From: Craspedostauros australis
Taxonomy: Eukaryota
DNA: 60,457 nt
Assembly: GCA_030167865.1 (NCBI GenBank)
Contig: JALAGF010005726.1
Coordinates: 1-60,457, forward strand
Direction of reading: 5' to 3'
Of the stretch, positions 21,740 to 31,804 are shown one piece after another. The position numbers and the translations under genes are program-made. A model generated the notes under the pieces. The model was given only the letters and a program-made list of their open reading frames with translations, did no database searches and was not told the origin of the DNA. The first letter of the stretch is position 1; every line of letters begins with the position of its first letter.

Positions 21740-24313
21740 ATGGCACCAAAGCATCGTGCAAAGGCACCATCCAAGTCGAAGTCCAAGTCGAAGTCAAAGC
21801 CTCTCCCTCCGCAACGAACTGCCGGGCCATCCACCAACATGGCCACGGACGCGAACACCGAGACCATGACGGCGCGACACGTCGTCAGAAGCAACAACCG
21901 GCGACTGGGCATGGTTCTGTGGTGCACGTTGATATGCGGTATCGCGCAATTCTCCACCCTCGTATTCACACAGGCAGGCGCTGACTACTGGTGGATGCCA
22001 TGGCGAGCTCCTGCAACTGGAGCTGCGACGACGACCGCCAAAGCCTCATCTCCTGGCGTTCCCGACATGCTGCGGTTGCAATCACCCGCCAATGCTCCAC
22101 TCGCTGCCGAAGATCAGGTGCCGTCGCATCATCTGCGGATGCCTGCCACCAACCAGCAGCAGCAAATACAGAGAGATGGCAATGTCACACAGGGCACTGA
22201 TGCTCACGGCCACGCACGATCTCCAAGCTCACAGAATCATGCAAAGCCAGCGCAATCGCAGGCGAACATCACAAAATCAGCCGCAGACCAACAGTTAACT
22301 CAACACGAGATCAGCAGGATCATTCGGATATTCCAAAAGGCCATGAAGGCGAAGATCTACTACCAGACGCAATCCTGGAATCTCCTCGCTGGCTCTGACC
22401 TGGACACACGCGTCGATGTGCCGAGCTGGTCTTCTTTTGCCCAGGGCGATCAGGATCCGCAGATACACGATATGCTCCAGCAATATCCGCAGCTCGAGCG
22501 ACAGAGGGAGATGGCATGGTCATCCTTCGATTCTATGCGGCAACAACAACAAGGAAAGGCAGCCGATGGCAGAATACCATCGGATGGTGAGGATCTCGTC
22601 ATCTGGGACAACGAGAAGGATATCGGCACCTATTTCGACCATCTCATACACAACTGCGGAGACTCCTTCAATGCAACGGAGGACTCGACCTTTCAACACC
22701 GATGCTGGGATTCTGTGCTGCATCTCGCCAATGCTCCGCGTTGCACAACGCAGCTTGATTCCACATTCGAATGCGACGGTCGTGCCGCGGATTCCATCGA
22801 CACCAGCATCACGGGCACAGTGCAGCCGTCTCAGCTTCCGTCGCTGCGGCGCCACGACCCAGAACAGCTGATTCGGGATCATTTCTTGTCGAAGGAGAAT
22901 TCGATCAACGTGGTCATCATCGGCGCGGGTCCGGCCGGTCTCTTCCTGGCAAACATCATGTCGTACCTGCGGCTGGTCGAAGTCCCCATGCGCATCGTGA
23001 TCTTTGAGAAGCGAACGAGTCAGGTTGGGCGCAAGAAGCCCTACATTCGCAACTGGCTCACGGAGATTCCTGCCAGCTCCTTCTATCATGCCGATTCCAG
23101 AATTCTGCGCTTCTTGCAAGCGGTGCACAACGATCGTTGCGAGGACATCGTGACTAAACCAGACAATCCCTACGCCAATCTCGATCACGCGGCAGCCCTG
23201 AAACAGTGCGAAGAGGACAAGTGGGGCAAGCACACCTCGTTGCCGATCCGCTTTCACGAGACCCTCCTCCTGATATCCAACCGTCAGCGCGGCGTCAAAT
23301 TCATCTACGAGGACGTGGAATCGTACAAGGAGATGCTGGCGTCCATGCCCAACATGATCGTCTTTGATGCATCGGGACATCGCATGGATAAGCTGAATAG
23401 ACCGCCGGGGCGGAACCCGATCAACGGGGAGCCCAGTCCAAACATCAACGTGGCACAATGGAGTTCCACGCACGGCGCAGGTTACGACACCCTTCTCGGA
23501 GAGGCCAACATAGGTGGCATCGGTGAGCCCATTTACGAACTCTTGCGCAAGGAACAAGCTCGAGCCCGCGTGGCGCGCTACGAATCGGACCAGGGCGTCC
23601 TCCTGTACCCCGTCACCAAAGGCGACCACAAGCCGTTCGCCGTCCGCATGCTCAAGATCAACGACTTTCGGCACACGAGATATGAGAACGGCTTCAACTT
23701 TCAATATCGCTCTTCCATCTCCGCGGTCATGCTTTCCCAGCACGAGTTCTGCACGCTCTGCGGCAAAGACAGACAACTTGCGGGATGCTCAAAGATCTGC
23801 AGGCTGAACTGGACATGGGATACGATCAACAAATACCGATCGGATGTCGCGCGACGCCTCAACGACGAATCTCCAGGATTTTCCACAACTGTGTCCGTCT
23901 TCACATTGACTACGCAACAGCATGACGCCATGATGTACATCACGAAAGGTGGCAGCACGCCCATGCCGTTGGAATCCTTGCCGTTGTCTGCCATGAAGTA
24001 CGATCCCATCATGCGCGAGAACAATTTCTTCCAAGCGCTCAAGTTCTACGCGAGCTATGCTGGCGGTATCGACTACCCCCTCGTCTCCGTCTTTTCCTTC
24101 GTTCCGTACATGTACGCCGATCCTCTCGTTCCGATGACAGCAGTGACAAAAGCTCGTATCGGCGATGCCCCCTTGCTGCGCGTCGGTGATTCCATGTGGA
24201 CGGGAAATCCCAACTGGGCCAATGGGTTGACGCGGCATCTTTCGACGCTGCGGAGTTTTGCGAAGATGATGCATCCAATCATTGTCGCCGACGATGACGA
24301 TGACGGTGTATGA
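21740..24313 (+). CDS. Type II membrane-anchored FAD-dependent oxidoreductase-like protein, paralogue 3 (shortest insert)
   Basis: RR then TM LGMVLWCTLICGIAQFSTLVF; GAGPAG..FEKR, FDASGHR, RVGDSMWTGNPNWANGL. Start uncertain (ATGs at 21689, 21740 and further upstream; ORF open from 21212). Confidence 0.86.
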   Translation: MAPKHRAKAPSKSKSKSKSKPLPPQRTAGPSTNMATDANTETMTARHVVRSNNRRLGMVLWCTLICGIAQFSTLVFTQAGADYWWMPWRAPATGAATTTAKASSPGVPDMLRLQSPANAPLAAEDQVPSHHLRMPATNQQQQIQRDGNVTQGTDAHGHARSPSSQNHAKPAQSQANITKSAADQQLTQHEISRIIRIFQKAMKAKIYYQTQSWNLLAGSDLDTRVDVPSWSSFAQGDQDPQIHDMLQQYPQLERQREMAWSSFDSMRQQQQGKAADGRIPSDGEDLVIWDNEKDIGTYFDHLIHNCGDSFNATEDSTFQHRCWDSVLHLANAPRCTTQLDSTFECDGRAADSIDTSITGTVQPSQLPSLRRHDPEQLIRDHFLSKENSINVVIIGAGPAGLFLANIMSYLRLVEVPMRIVIFEKRTSQVGRKKPYIRNWLTEIPASSFYHADSRILRFLQAVHNDRCEDIVTKPDNPYANLDHAAALKQCEEDKWGKHTSLPIRFHETLLLISNRQRGVKFIYEDVESYKEMLASMPNMIVFDASGHRMDKLNRPPGRNPINGEPSPNINVAQWSSTHGAGYDTLLGEANIGGIGEPIYELLRKEQARARVARYESDQGVLLYPVTKGDHKPFAVRMLKINDFRHTRYENGFNFQYRSSISAVMLSQHEFCTLCGKDRQLAGCSKICRLNWTWDTINKYRSDVARRLNDESPGFSTTVSVFTLTTQQHDAMMYITKGGSTPMPLESLPLSAMKYDPIMRENNFFQALKFYASYAGGIDYPLVSVFSFVPYMYADPLVPMTAVTKARIGDAPLLRVGDSMWTGNPNWANGLTRHLSTLRSFAKMMHPIIVADDDDDGV

Positions 24314-24576
24314 GGGGGTCAGCGGTGGCAATGTCAAAACGGGGAAACGACATGAACCGCAATCGCAATGTGTCTATGTATTATATGTCTGTACGAGTAA
24401 AGTGATAGAGATAATAAATCGAAACTCGAAGTCTCATGCGACTCGTTGTGGTGGATGGTATGCAGAGCAACACGCAAGCTGAAAAGGAAATGTCCACAAC
24501 GTTGTAATGCAGATACTGGTTTCCATTCTGTTTATATGCATAGGGCCTGCTAGTACGAGCACCGACATACCCAATG

Positions 24577-27251
24577 TTAATCAAACCACCGGGCACCGGA
24601 GCTTTTCTTCGGTTCCGGAGTGGATGCCTGCATGTCGGTAGCATTCGTCGTAGTATCAGTTGCTGCGGTTGCCGCCTTTTTGCCTTTCTTCTTTGGCGAT
24701 TTGGAACGACGAGGACGATGAGCCTCTTCATCGTCCGTGACAGTTTGGGTGACGGCGGCTTTTGGCTTCTTCTGCGGGGTCTCGTCGTTGGACTTCGTCC
24801 CTTCCAGACGCTGCTTGCGTTTCCGCTCACGCTGTCGCGCACCGCGGCTCTTCTTGGCGTTGTTGTCATCGTCGGTCGCCGCGTTCTGTTTGACCTGCTG
24901 CTGCTCCTTCGATTTGAGTTTATTCTCGATGTGCTGTTTCTTGCTGTTGATTTGCTGAGCCACACGTCGTTTCAGCTGCTTCTCCACCTTGACACGATTT
25001 TCGACCTGTGGGAAATTCAAAGCAAGTGCGTGAGAGACGTGCTGTCGTCCAAGGGATACAGATCGCTTCGATTCCCTGCACGCGACCAACACACACACAT
25101 GAACGCAAATACACACGCACAGGGAGTCAAGTAACAATAACGGCCATACCAGTTGACACACGCAGATGCACGTACCGTGAAATCGACAATCAACCGTGAC
25201 AGCACCGGGCCCGAAACCTGCGGCTGCTGCTGCTTCTTGCCCTGCTTCTTCTGGGGTCCCTTGCCACCCGCCACGTACTGCGCTGAATATGCCTTGTTGT
25301 TGTTCAATTCTCGCAAGCACGCCAAGGCATGGACGTGGTACTTGAACTCGATGAAGCCGAATCCGCGGCTGGGCTGCTCCTGCTTCGTCCGCTTCGACAG
25401 CCCGCTCACCATGTCGCGCGAAATGAAGACCGAAGGCAGGAGCTCCTTGCTGAGCTTGTCCTGGAAGGATGGGATGATCTCCTCGTTGTCGGCCTCCTTT
25501 TGCTTCACGAGATCGAGGATGTCTCTTGTGGACAGTTCGCCGGATGCCTGCCAATGCTTGACCTGATCGTCGGCCGTGACGAGGCCGCTCTTCAGAGCCT
25601 TCTTGACCGCCCTGGCACAGAGCTGCTGCAGAGCGAGCTCGTCGACGTGCTTCGCCAGGTTCTTGAAGGAGAGACGGAAGGGATTGATGAAGAACAGCGG
25701 CGACTTGAGCTTGGTGGTCTTCTCCCTGTCGGAAATCTGTCGCTTCTGCTTGTCCTTGTCGGGAAGGAACTGCCAGGAGTCGACGTCCCCACCTTCGGTG
25801 CCACCCCCAACTCTGTCCTCGGATCGCAGGTAGAGGTTGCGACGATCCGTGTTGCGCTTCTGCTGGTCCTTGTCGGAGAATGTGGAGGCGGTTTCGCGAT
25901 TGACGGCGAGCGAGATCATGACTGGGCGACCTCGGATAGTGAGATCGGACTGGTTGAGCATGGTCTTGGACTTGTCGGTGGCGTCGCCGCTGCCGGTGGA
26001 CACAGTTTCGAGCACCTTCGCGGCGAAGCTCTGCTTGGCGAATTCGATGAACGCTGTGCCCTTGTTCATCCCCGTCTGGTTGTCCTTGACGAGGAATATG
26101 GAGACGATGTGGCCGAATTTGTAAAAGAGCTGGAAGACGTCATGCCGCGTGGCGTCGAATGGGAGATTCCCAAGGAAAAGCGTGCGGTTTTCCTCCACCC
26201 CCTCATCCTTCTTGTCATCTTCATCGCTTTCATCGTCGTCGTCATCATCGTCGTCATTGTCGCTATCGTCGCTGCCACTGTCATCTTCCATGTCTGCTTT
26301 GGACTTGGATTTTGCTTGCTCTTGGTCATCGGAATCAGACTCGTCGTCGTCTTCTTTGTCGTTGTCATCATTGTCATCATCGCTGTCGCTGCCACTGTCG
26401 TCGTCACTCCTATTCCCCTTGTCCGCTTTGCTCTGCTTGTCACTCTCTGCCTTCTTCGCCTCCTTTTGCAGCTGCGCGTTGCGTTCATGCATCTGCTTGG
26501 GCACGGACCAGCTGATCTGCAGGGTCCGCTTCTTAACCTCAATCTTGGAGGTATCCTCCACGGCTTGCTTGGCGTACTTGGGATTGGCAAAGGTGACGAA
26601 GCAGAACCCCACGTGCAGATTGGACTTGGCCATCGGCAGATGAATGTCGACGATCGGACCGTACTTGTCCTGCAGGATGGTCTGGATCTGGCGCGCGTTG
26701 GCGTAGAAGGAGAGGTTGCGCACGATGATGCGAGCATGCTTTTTGAGATACCGCTCATCGAAGGTGCTGTGCTTGGTCGCTTCGTGATCGCTGGGTGCGA
26801 GCGGCTTGTGTCGCTGTTTCGGTTTGTCCGCATCGGTGGCAGCAGCTGGCTTGGCGTTTGGATGGGCGGACGCAGCAGCAGAAGCCGACTGCACCTTGAG
26901 CTGGAAGAGCTCGCCGTTCATGGACAGCTGCGTTTCGTTGAAGGAGCTGGCCGCCTCCGCAGCATCCTCCTCCGTCATGTACTTGACGAAGCCGTATCCC
27001 TTGCTGGTGCCATCCTGAGCGGAAGACGAGATCCACGACGACTTCTTGATGGGTCCCACCTGGGAGAAGTGATTCTCCAGCGCATGCCGCGAGACCTGCT
27101 CCTGCGGGGTTGGGACCATCCTCACGAACACCGTGCATTTGGTCGATTTCTTCATCTTGTGGCTTCCGCTCGATGCGGGTGCTGATGCAGATGCTGATGC
27201 AGACGCCTCCCCACCTCTTCCATCAGATGGCGGTCCTCCATGTCTGGCCAT
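24577..27251 (-). CDS. NOP4: Nucleolar multi-RRM protein NOP4/RBM28; intron 25006-25175
   Basis: Four RRMs (KGYGFVKY, IIVRNLSF..VGFCFVTF, LFLGNLPF..KGTAFIEF, RGFGFIEF), acidic linker, DRRNLYL and KLKSPLFFINPFRLSFKNL, HALACLRELNNN. GTACGT donor at 25175 and CAG acceptor at 25006 give LIVDFT-VENRVKV. Confidence 0.9.
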
Positions 27252-28266
27252 TCTGTCACTCACGATCCGTGGAGACTGTGGTTGTCGTCTCTCTCTCTCG
27301 CTTCCCCGATCAGTTGGTGTCAAAGATGTCTTCGTCAACGCGGGCTTGCCTTCCCTGCACGGTTATGGTATGCTCAGCTGATACTTGCGAGTGCTGAGAG
27401 CTGCGAGTGCTGGGATGAGCGTCGTATGAACGTGGTATGATGATGATCCGAATGAGAAATGGAAGGATGTGGGGTTGGGCAGGTCCACCATCACGTGTCG
27501 AAACAGATTTGGTTTTGGGTTCTGTTCCTTCACTTTTTGTTGGTTTCCACGAAATCAAGAGGGAGCTGACGTACAGACGCCGTATTTATTGTTCTGTTTG
27601 CTTCCTCGGTGGCTGACTCCCTCGACACGAAGTGGGAATTTGGTGACACCGTTGTCAAAAGAGACGAGCACCTCTGTGGGAACTGCGGTTGGGGAAGGCA
27701 ACCACAACACCAACAAGAAAGACACCAACAGACCAACACACCAACCAACTCCAACAAAACACGTACACAACATCCACAACTTGGCAGGACTATACATACT
27801 CATACTCATACTTTGGAGAGTCTACGATTGGACTTCAGCAGAATAGATTGCATCGAACACGCAGCGCTTCGACTCACAACCACAAGGAAGCAACAGCAGG
27901 TGAGCACCGTTTCGTCAGGACTGGATCAAGATGATTTTGTTATTGACAACAGCGACGGTCTTGACCTCTTGTTGCATTGAGATCCTCCTGTGATGATCGC
28001 CCAGGTTGCATGGGTTTGGTTGCGCTGTTGACTTCCCAGCGCGCTGCTGTCGAGAGGTCCATGAATTTCACGAAAGGGGTCAATCAAATCGTCCAAACTG
28101 GCTTTCTGCCAACACCGCTGGTGCAAGGTGTTTGTACGCCGTCATTGGCTGGAGAATCTCTGTCCATATTGGCAGTTGCAGGCCAGTCCTCACACTCACC
28201 AGTGTATTCCCATGTTTTCCCTCTCATTGCAGCATCGAAGCGAAAGACATCAATATTGCTACGAAC

Positions 28267-31248
28267 ATGGCAGATGTAGCTGGCGACACTGAGCTGCATC
28301 GTGCATGCAGATCGGGGGATGTAGCTAGAGTTCAAGCCTTGCTAGAGGGCGGAGCGGAGGCAGATCTGGAGGCTGTCAATGCAGCAGGCAAAAGGCCTCT
28401 TCACGATGCTTCCAGCCACGACCGTGCAGATGTGGTGGAATGTCTGCTCAACTTCTGCCGCAACAACGACAACGTCGACATTAGTCTCAATGCCACAGCA
28501 GGCTCCAGTGGCTGTACTCCTCTGCACTATGCCTGCATGCACGGTCGCCAGGACATCGCAGAGAACTTGCTTCGTTTCGGCCAAGCCAACGGCAACGAAA
28601 ACATCAACGTCGCTATCCAAGACACGAGGGCTGGCTTCACGCCCCTTCATTGTGCTTGCAAGCACGGCCACAGAGAATTGGTGGAATCTCTCCTTGATCA
28701 TTGGCAACTCAACGCCGACGCCAACATTGATACCTACCTTCGCATCGAAGACAATGACGGCCATTCCTCTCTGCACCATGCCCGAGAGAATCGTCACACA
28801 AGTGTGGTGGCGGATCTGCTTCATTTCATTCCCGCCAGCGCGACGCGTGATGATATTATCACCAGAGATGAGGCCAATGGTTGCACAGCATTGCATTATG
28901 TCTGTGAACGGGGCGACGTGGCTGTTGTGCAAAACTTGCTCGACCGCCACGTACCTAATACCATCTTCGATATCCCAAACGACGAGGGCAACACGCCACT
29001 TCATGTGGCTTGCATGGAGGGTAAACGCGATGTCGTTGAGTGTCTCCTACGATTCAGGGAGGCAAACAACGGCAACAATAGAACCTACATCAATCTCAAT
29101 GCTCGCAACGAAGAAGACTTCACGCCATTGCATTTCGCCGCCGAGTATGGCTTCCGACAAACCGCAGCACAGCTGATCGCTCTCACTGATATTGATGTGA
29201 ATGCTCAGGACATCAACGGTGACACACCGTTGCATATCACGTGTCAAAAGCACAACCCGCACGTAAACGACAACCACTTCCGCATATTCGAGATGCTTGT
29301 GCAGCGCGACGGAATCAATCTAGAGCTCGTCAACCAAAACCAAGAAACGGTCCTACTCCTTGCGTGTAGATACCATACAACGCCCAATGAGCACGATTTT
29401 GGCAGCTTCCTCGACTTATTGGTGGCGTCAGGCGCCAATATCAATGCAAGAAATGAGGATGGGTACACAGCATTACATTTGCTTCGTGTCAGCCCGACAC
29501 CTAAAGATATGTGCAGAATCCGAATTTACTTTCGTCGTGCTAGGGCGGATCTCAACATCCAAAACATCCTTGGACAGACGGCCCTTCACCTTGCATGCGT
29601 GCATGGGAGATTGGAGGCAGTGCGCAACTTGGTCGAAGAAACGAATGCAGATGTGAATGTCCGAGATTATGAGGGCAACACCCCGTTGCACCTGCTTTGT
29701 GGGGGGCGGGGTGGCGATGATCTCATAATCTACCAATACCTTCGTGATGCTGGGGCGGATTTCAACATCCGAAACATCCTTGGACAGACGACCCTTCACC
29801 TTGCATGCATGCATGGCAGACTTGAGGCAGTGCGTTTCTTGGTCCGACAATTGAATGCAGATGTGAATGTCCGAGATAAACAGGGCAACACACCGTTGCA
29901 CCTGCTTTGTGGGGGGCAGGGTGGTGATGATCCCAGAATCTACCGATACCTTCGTGTTGCTGGGGCAGAGGTCAACATCCGAAACAACCTGGGACAGACG
30001 ACCCTTCACCTTGCATGCATGCATGGCAGACTTAAGGCAGTGGTTATCTTGGTCCGAAAATTGAATGCAGATATGAATGTCCGAGATTATCAGGGCAACA
30101 CCCCGTTGCACCTGCTTTGTATGGGGCGGGGTGGTGATCATCCCAGAACCTACCGATACCTTCGTGATGCTGGGGTGGAGGTCAACACCCAAAACAACCT
30201 GGGACAGACGGCTCTTCACCTTGCATGCATGCATGGGAGACTCCAGGCAGTGTGTTTCTTGGTCGAAGCAACGAATGCAGATGTGAATGTCCGAGATAAA
30301 CAGGGCAACACCCCGTTGCACCTGCTTTTTGGGGGGCGGGGTGGTGATGATCCCATAATCTACCGATACCTTCGTGATGCTGGGGCGGAGGTCAACACCC
30401 AAAACAACCTGGGACAGACGACCCTTCACCTTGCATGCATGCATGGAAGACTTAAGGCAGTGGTTATCTTGGTCCGACAATTGAATGCAGATGTGAATGT
30501 CCGAGATAAACAGGGCAACACACCGTTGCACCTGCTTTGTGGGGGGCGGGGTGGTGATGATCCCAGAATCTACCGATACCTTCGTGATGCTGGGGCAGAG
30601 GTCAACATCCGAAACAACCTGGGACAAACGCCACTTCACCTTGTATGCACTCATGGGAGATTGGAGACAGTGCGTATCTTGGTTGGACAACTGGGTGCAG
30701 ATGTGAACGCCAAAGACATGCAAGGCAACGCGCCAATCCATGTCGTGTGTTGCTACGGAGACTCCAATGCCGTCCGATTCTTTGTTGAAGCAACGGATGC
30801 CAATATCAACATCCGAAATAACCTGCAGCAGACGCCAATGCATCTCGCATGTGCAACAGGGCAACAAGAAGTGGCAGAGTACTTGATCGATCGCCCAAAT
30901 GTGGAGGCCAATGCTGGAGACGTTGATGGGGCTACCATGATCCACATGGCGTGCTTGGGAGGGTACTGGGATCTCGCTCAGTCGTTGGCCGCACGGGAGC
31001 ACGTTGACATCAACGCGATCAATACGGCTGGCAACACAGCTCTGCACATCCTGTGTTGTTGGGGACAGTTCAATGTCGTGCGGGATTTTGTTGAAGTTTT
31101 CGAGGCTGACATCACCATCACCAACAACGACGGACGCACACCATTGGATTTGGCGACTTTTGGGGGACATCGGGAGGTGGTCGAATATCTCACTCCGTTT
31201 TATCAGCAGCGGCATCTTCGACAAGCGCCGCCGGGTCAGGAACAGTGA
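28267..31248 (+). CDS. Long ankyrin-repeat protein (about 990 aa) with a near-identical internal repeat array
   Basis: More than 20 ankyrin motifs (GDTELHRAC, GCTPLHYAC, GNTPLHVAC, GQTTLHLAC, GNTPLHLLC). ATG at 28267 (MADVAGD). Confidence 0.92.
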   Translation: MADVAGDTELHRACRSGDVARVQALLEGGAEADLEAVNAAGKRPLHDASSHDRADVVECLLNFCRNNDNVDISLNATAGSSGCTPLHYACMHGRQDIAENLLRFGQANGNENINVAIQDTRAGFTPLHCACKHGHRELVESLLDHWQLNADANIDTYLRIEDNDGHSSLHHARENRHTSVVADLLHFIPASATRDDIITRDEANGCTALHYVCERGDVAVVQNLLDRHVPNTIFDIPNDEGNTPLHVACMEGKRDVVECLLRFREANNGNNRTYINLNARNEEDFTPLHFAAEYGFRQTAAQLIALTDIDVNAQDINGDTPLHITCQKHNPHVNDNHFRIFEMLVQRDGINLELVNQNQETVLLLACRYHTTPNEHDFGSFLDLLVASGANINARNEDGYTALHLLRVSPTPKDMCRIRIYFRRARADLNIQNILGQTALHLACVHGRLEAVRNLVEETNADVNVRDYEGNTPLHLLCGGRGGDDLIIYQYLRDAGADFNIRNILGQTTLHLACMHGRLEAVRFLVRQLNADVNVRDKQGNTPLHLLCGGQGGDDPRIYRYLRVAGAEVNIRNNLGQTTLHLACMHGRLKAVVILVRKLNADMNVRDYQGNTPLHLLCMGRGGDHPRTYRYLRDAGVEVNTQNNLGQTALHLACMHGRLQAVCFLVEATNADVNVRDKQGNTPLHLLFGGRGGDDPIIYRYLRDAGAEVNTQNNLGQTTLHLACMHGRLKAVVILVRQLNADVNVRDKQGNTPLHLLCGGRGGDDPRIYRYLRDAGAEVNIRNNLGQTPLHLVCTHGRLETVRILVGQLGADVNAKDMQGNAPIHVVCCYGDSNAVRFFVEATDANINIRNNLQQTPMHLACATGQQEVAEYLIDRPNVEANAGDVDGATMIHMACLGGYWDLAQSLAAREHVDINAINTAGNTALHILCCWGQFNVVRDFVEVFEADITITNNDGRTPLDLATFGGHREVVEYLTPFYQQRHLRQAPPGQEQ
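29551..30740 (+). repeat. 210-bp coding tandem repeat: 5 full copies plus a diverged partial copy; each unit is 70 aa (two ankyrin repeats)
   Basis: Units start at 29551, 29761, 29971, 30181, 30391 and 30601; gaatgtccgagat recurs at exact 210-nt spacing with no indels in the full copies. Confidence 0.95.
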
Positions 31249-31804
31249 TAGTGGGATAGGAACAGATCAAGACAACCGGAGGGACCGAGTGGCGTGGGAA
31301 TAGTAGATGGGGAGCACAGACAGAGTATGGTGTCATACTTTTCTGTCCTGGTAATAGATGCAGTTTACTTTAGTAAGTCTATGAGCCGAACATCGCAATT
31401 GTGTAATCAGAAGACACGCCGCCTTGCGGCACATCCCGCAGTTGATTGGATTGATGGGCGTTGCTCTTCCACTTGAGAGGGTCGGTCTTGTCTCGTCTCA
31501 GTAGCATGTTGGTGGCGGTATCAACGGTCGAGTTTGTTTGGCGAGCGATGTTGTGACAACGTGACAAACCGCGCCACAACAACACAGCGCTCTGAAATGT
31601 CACCACAATGATCTGCATTCACAGACACGAGAGACTTGCGCAAGCCTCGCATCTCTCAGCCACGCTGGGCATTGGCCTCTTGCATCCATGGAAGGCAGGA
31701 AGTGACAAGTGACGAATCCTCCAACATCCGCAGCTGAAGGACCATTCATTCTGCTGCGTTCGTTGCCGCAATCGCAGTCATTCTCATCCAATCAGGCACC
31801 AACG

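Noticed and set aside
25329..27185. Long antisense ORFs (also 126-716, 873-1319, 22520-23776, 29473-31224, 40676-42325, 47311-48417, 51882-53693)
   Set aside because: They mirror real genes codon for codon; GC3-biased coding strands rarely create antisense stops, and the products have no recognisable motifs.
29551..30600. Regular repeat array as possible CRISPR or satellite
   Set aside because: No unique spacers; units are in-frame ankyrin coding repeats in a eukaryotic gene.
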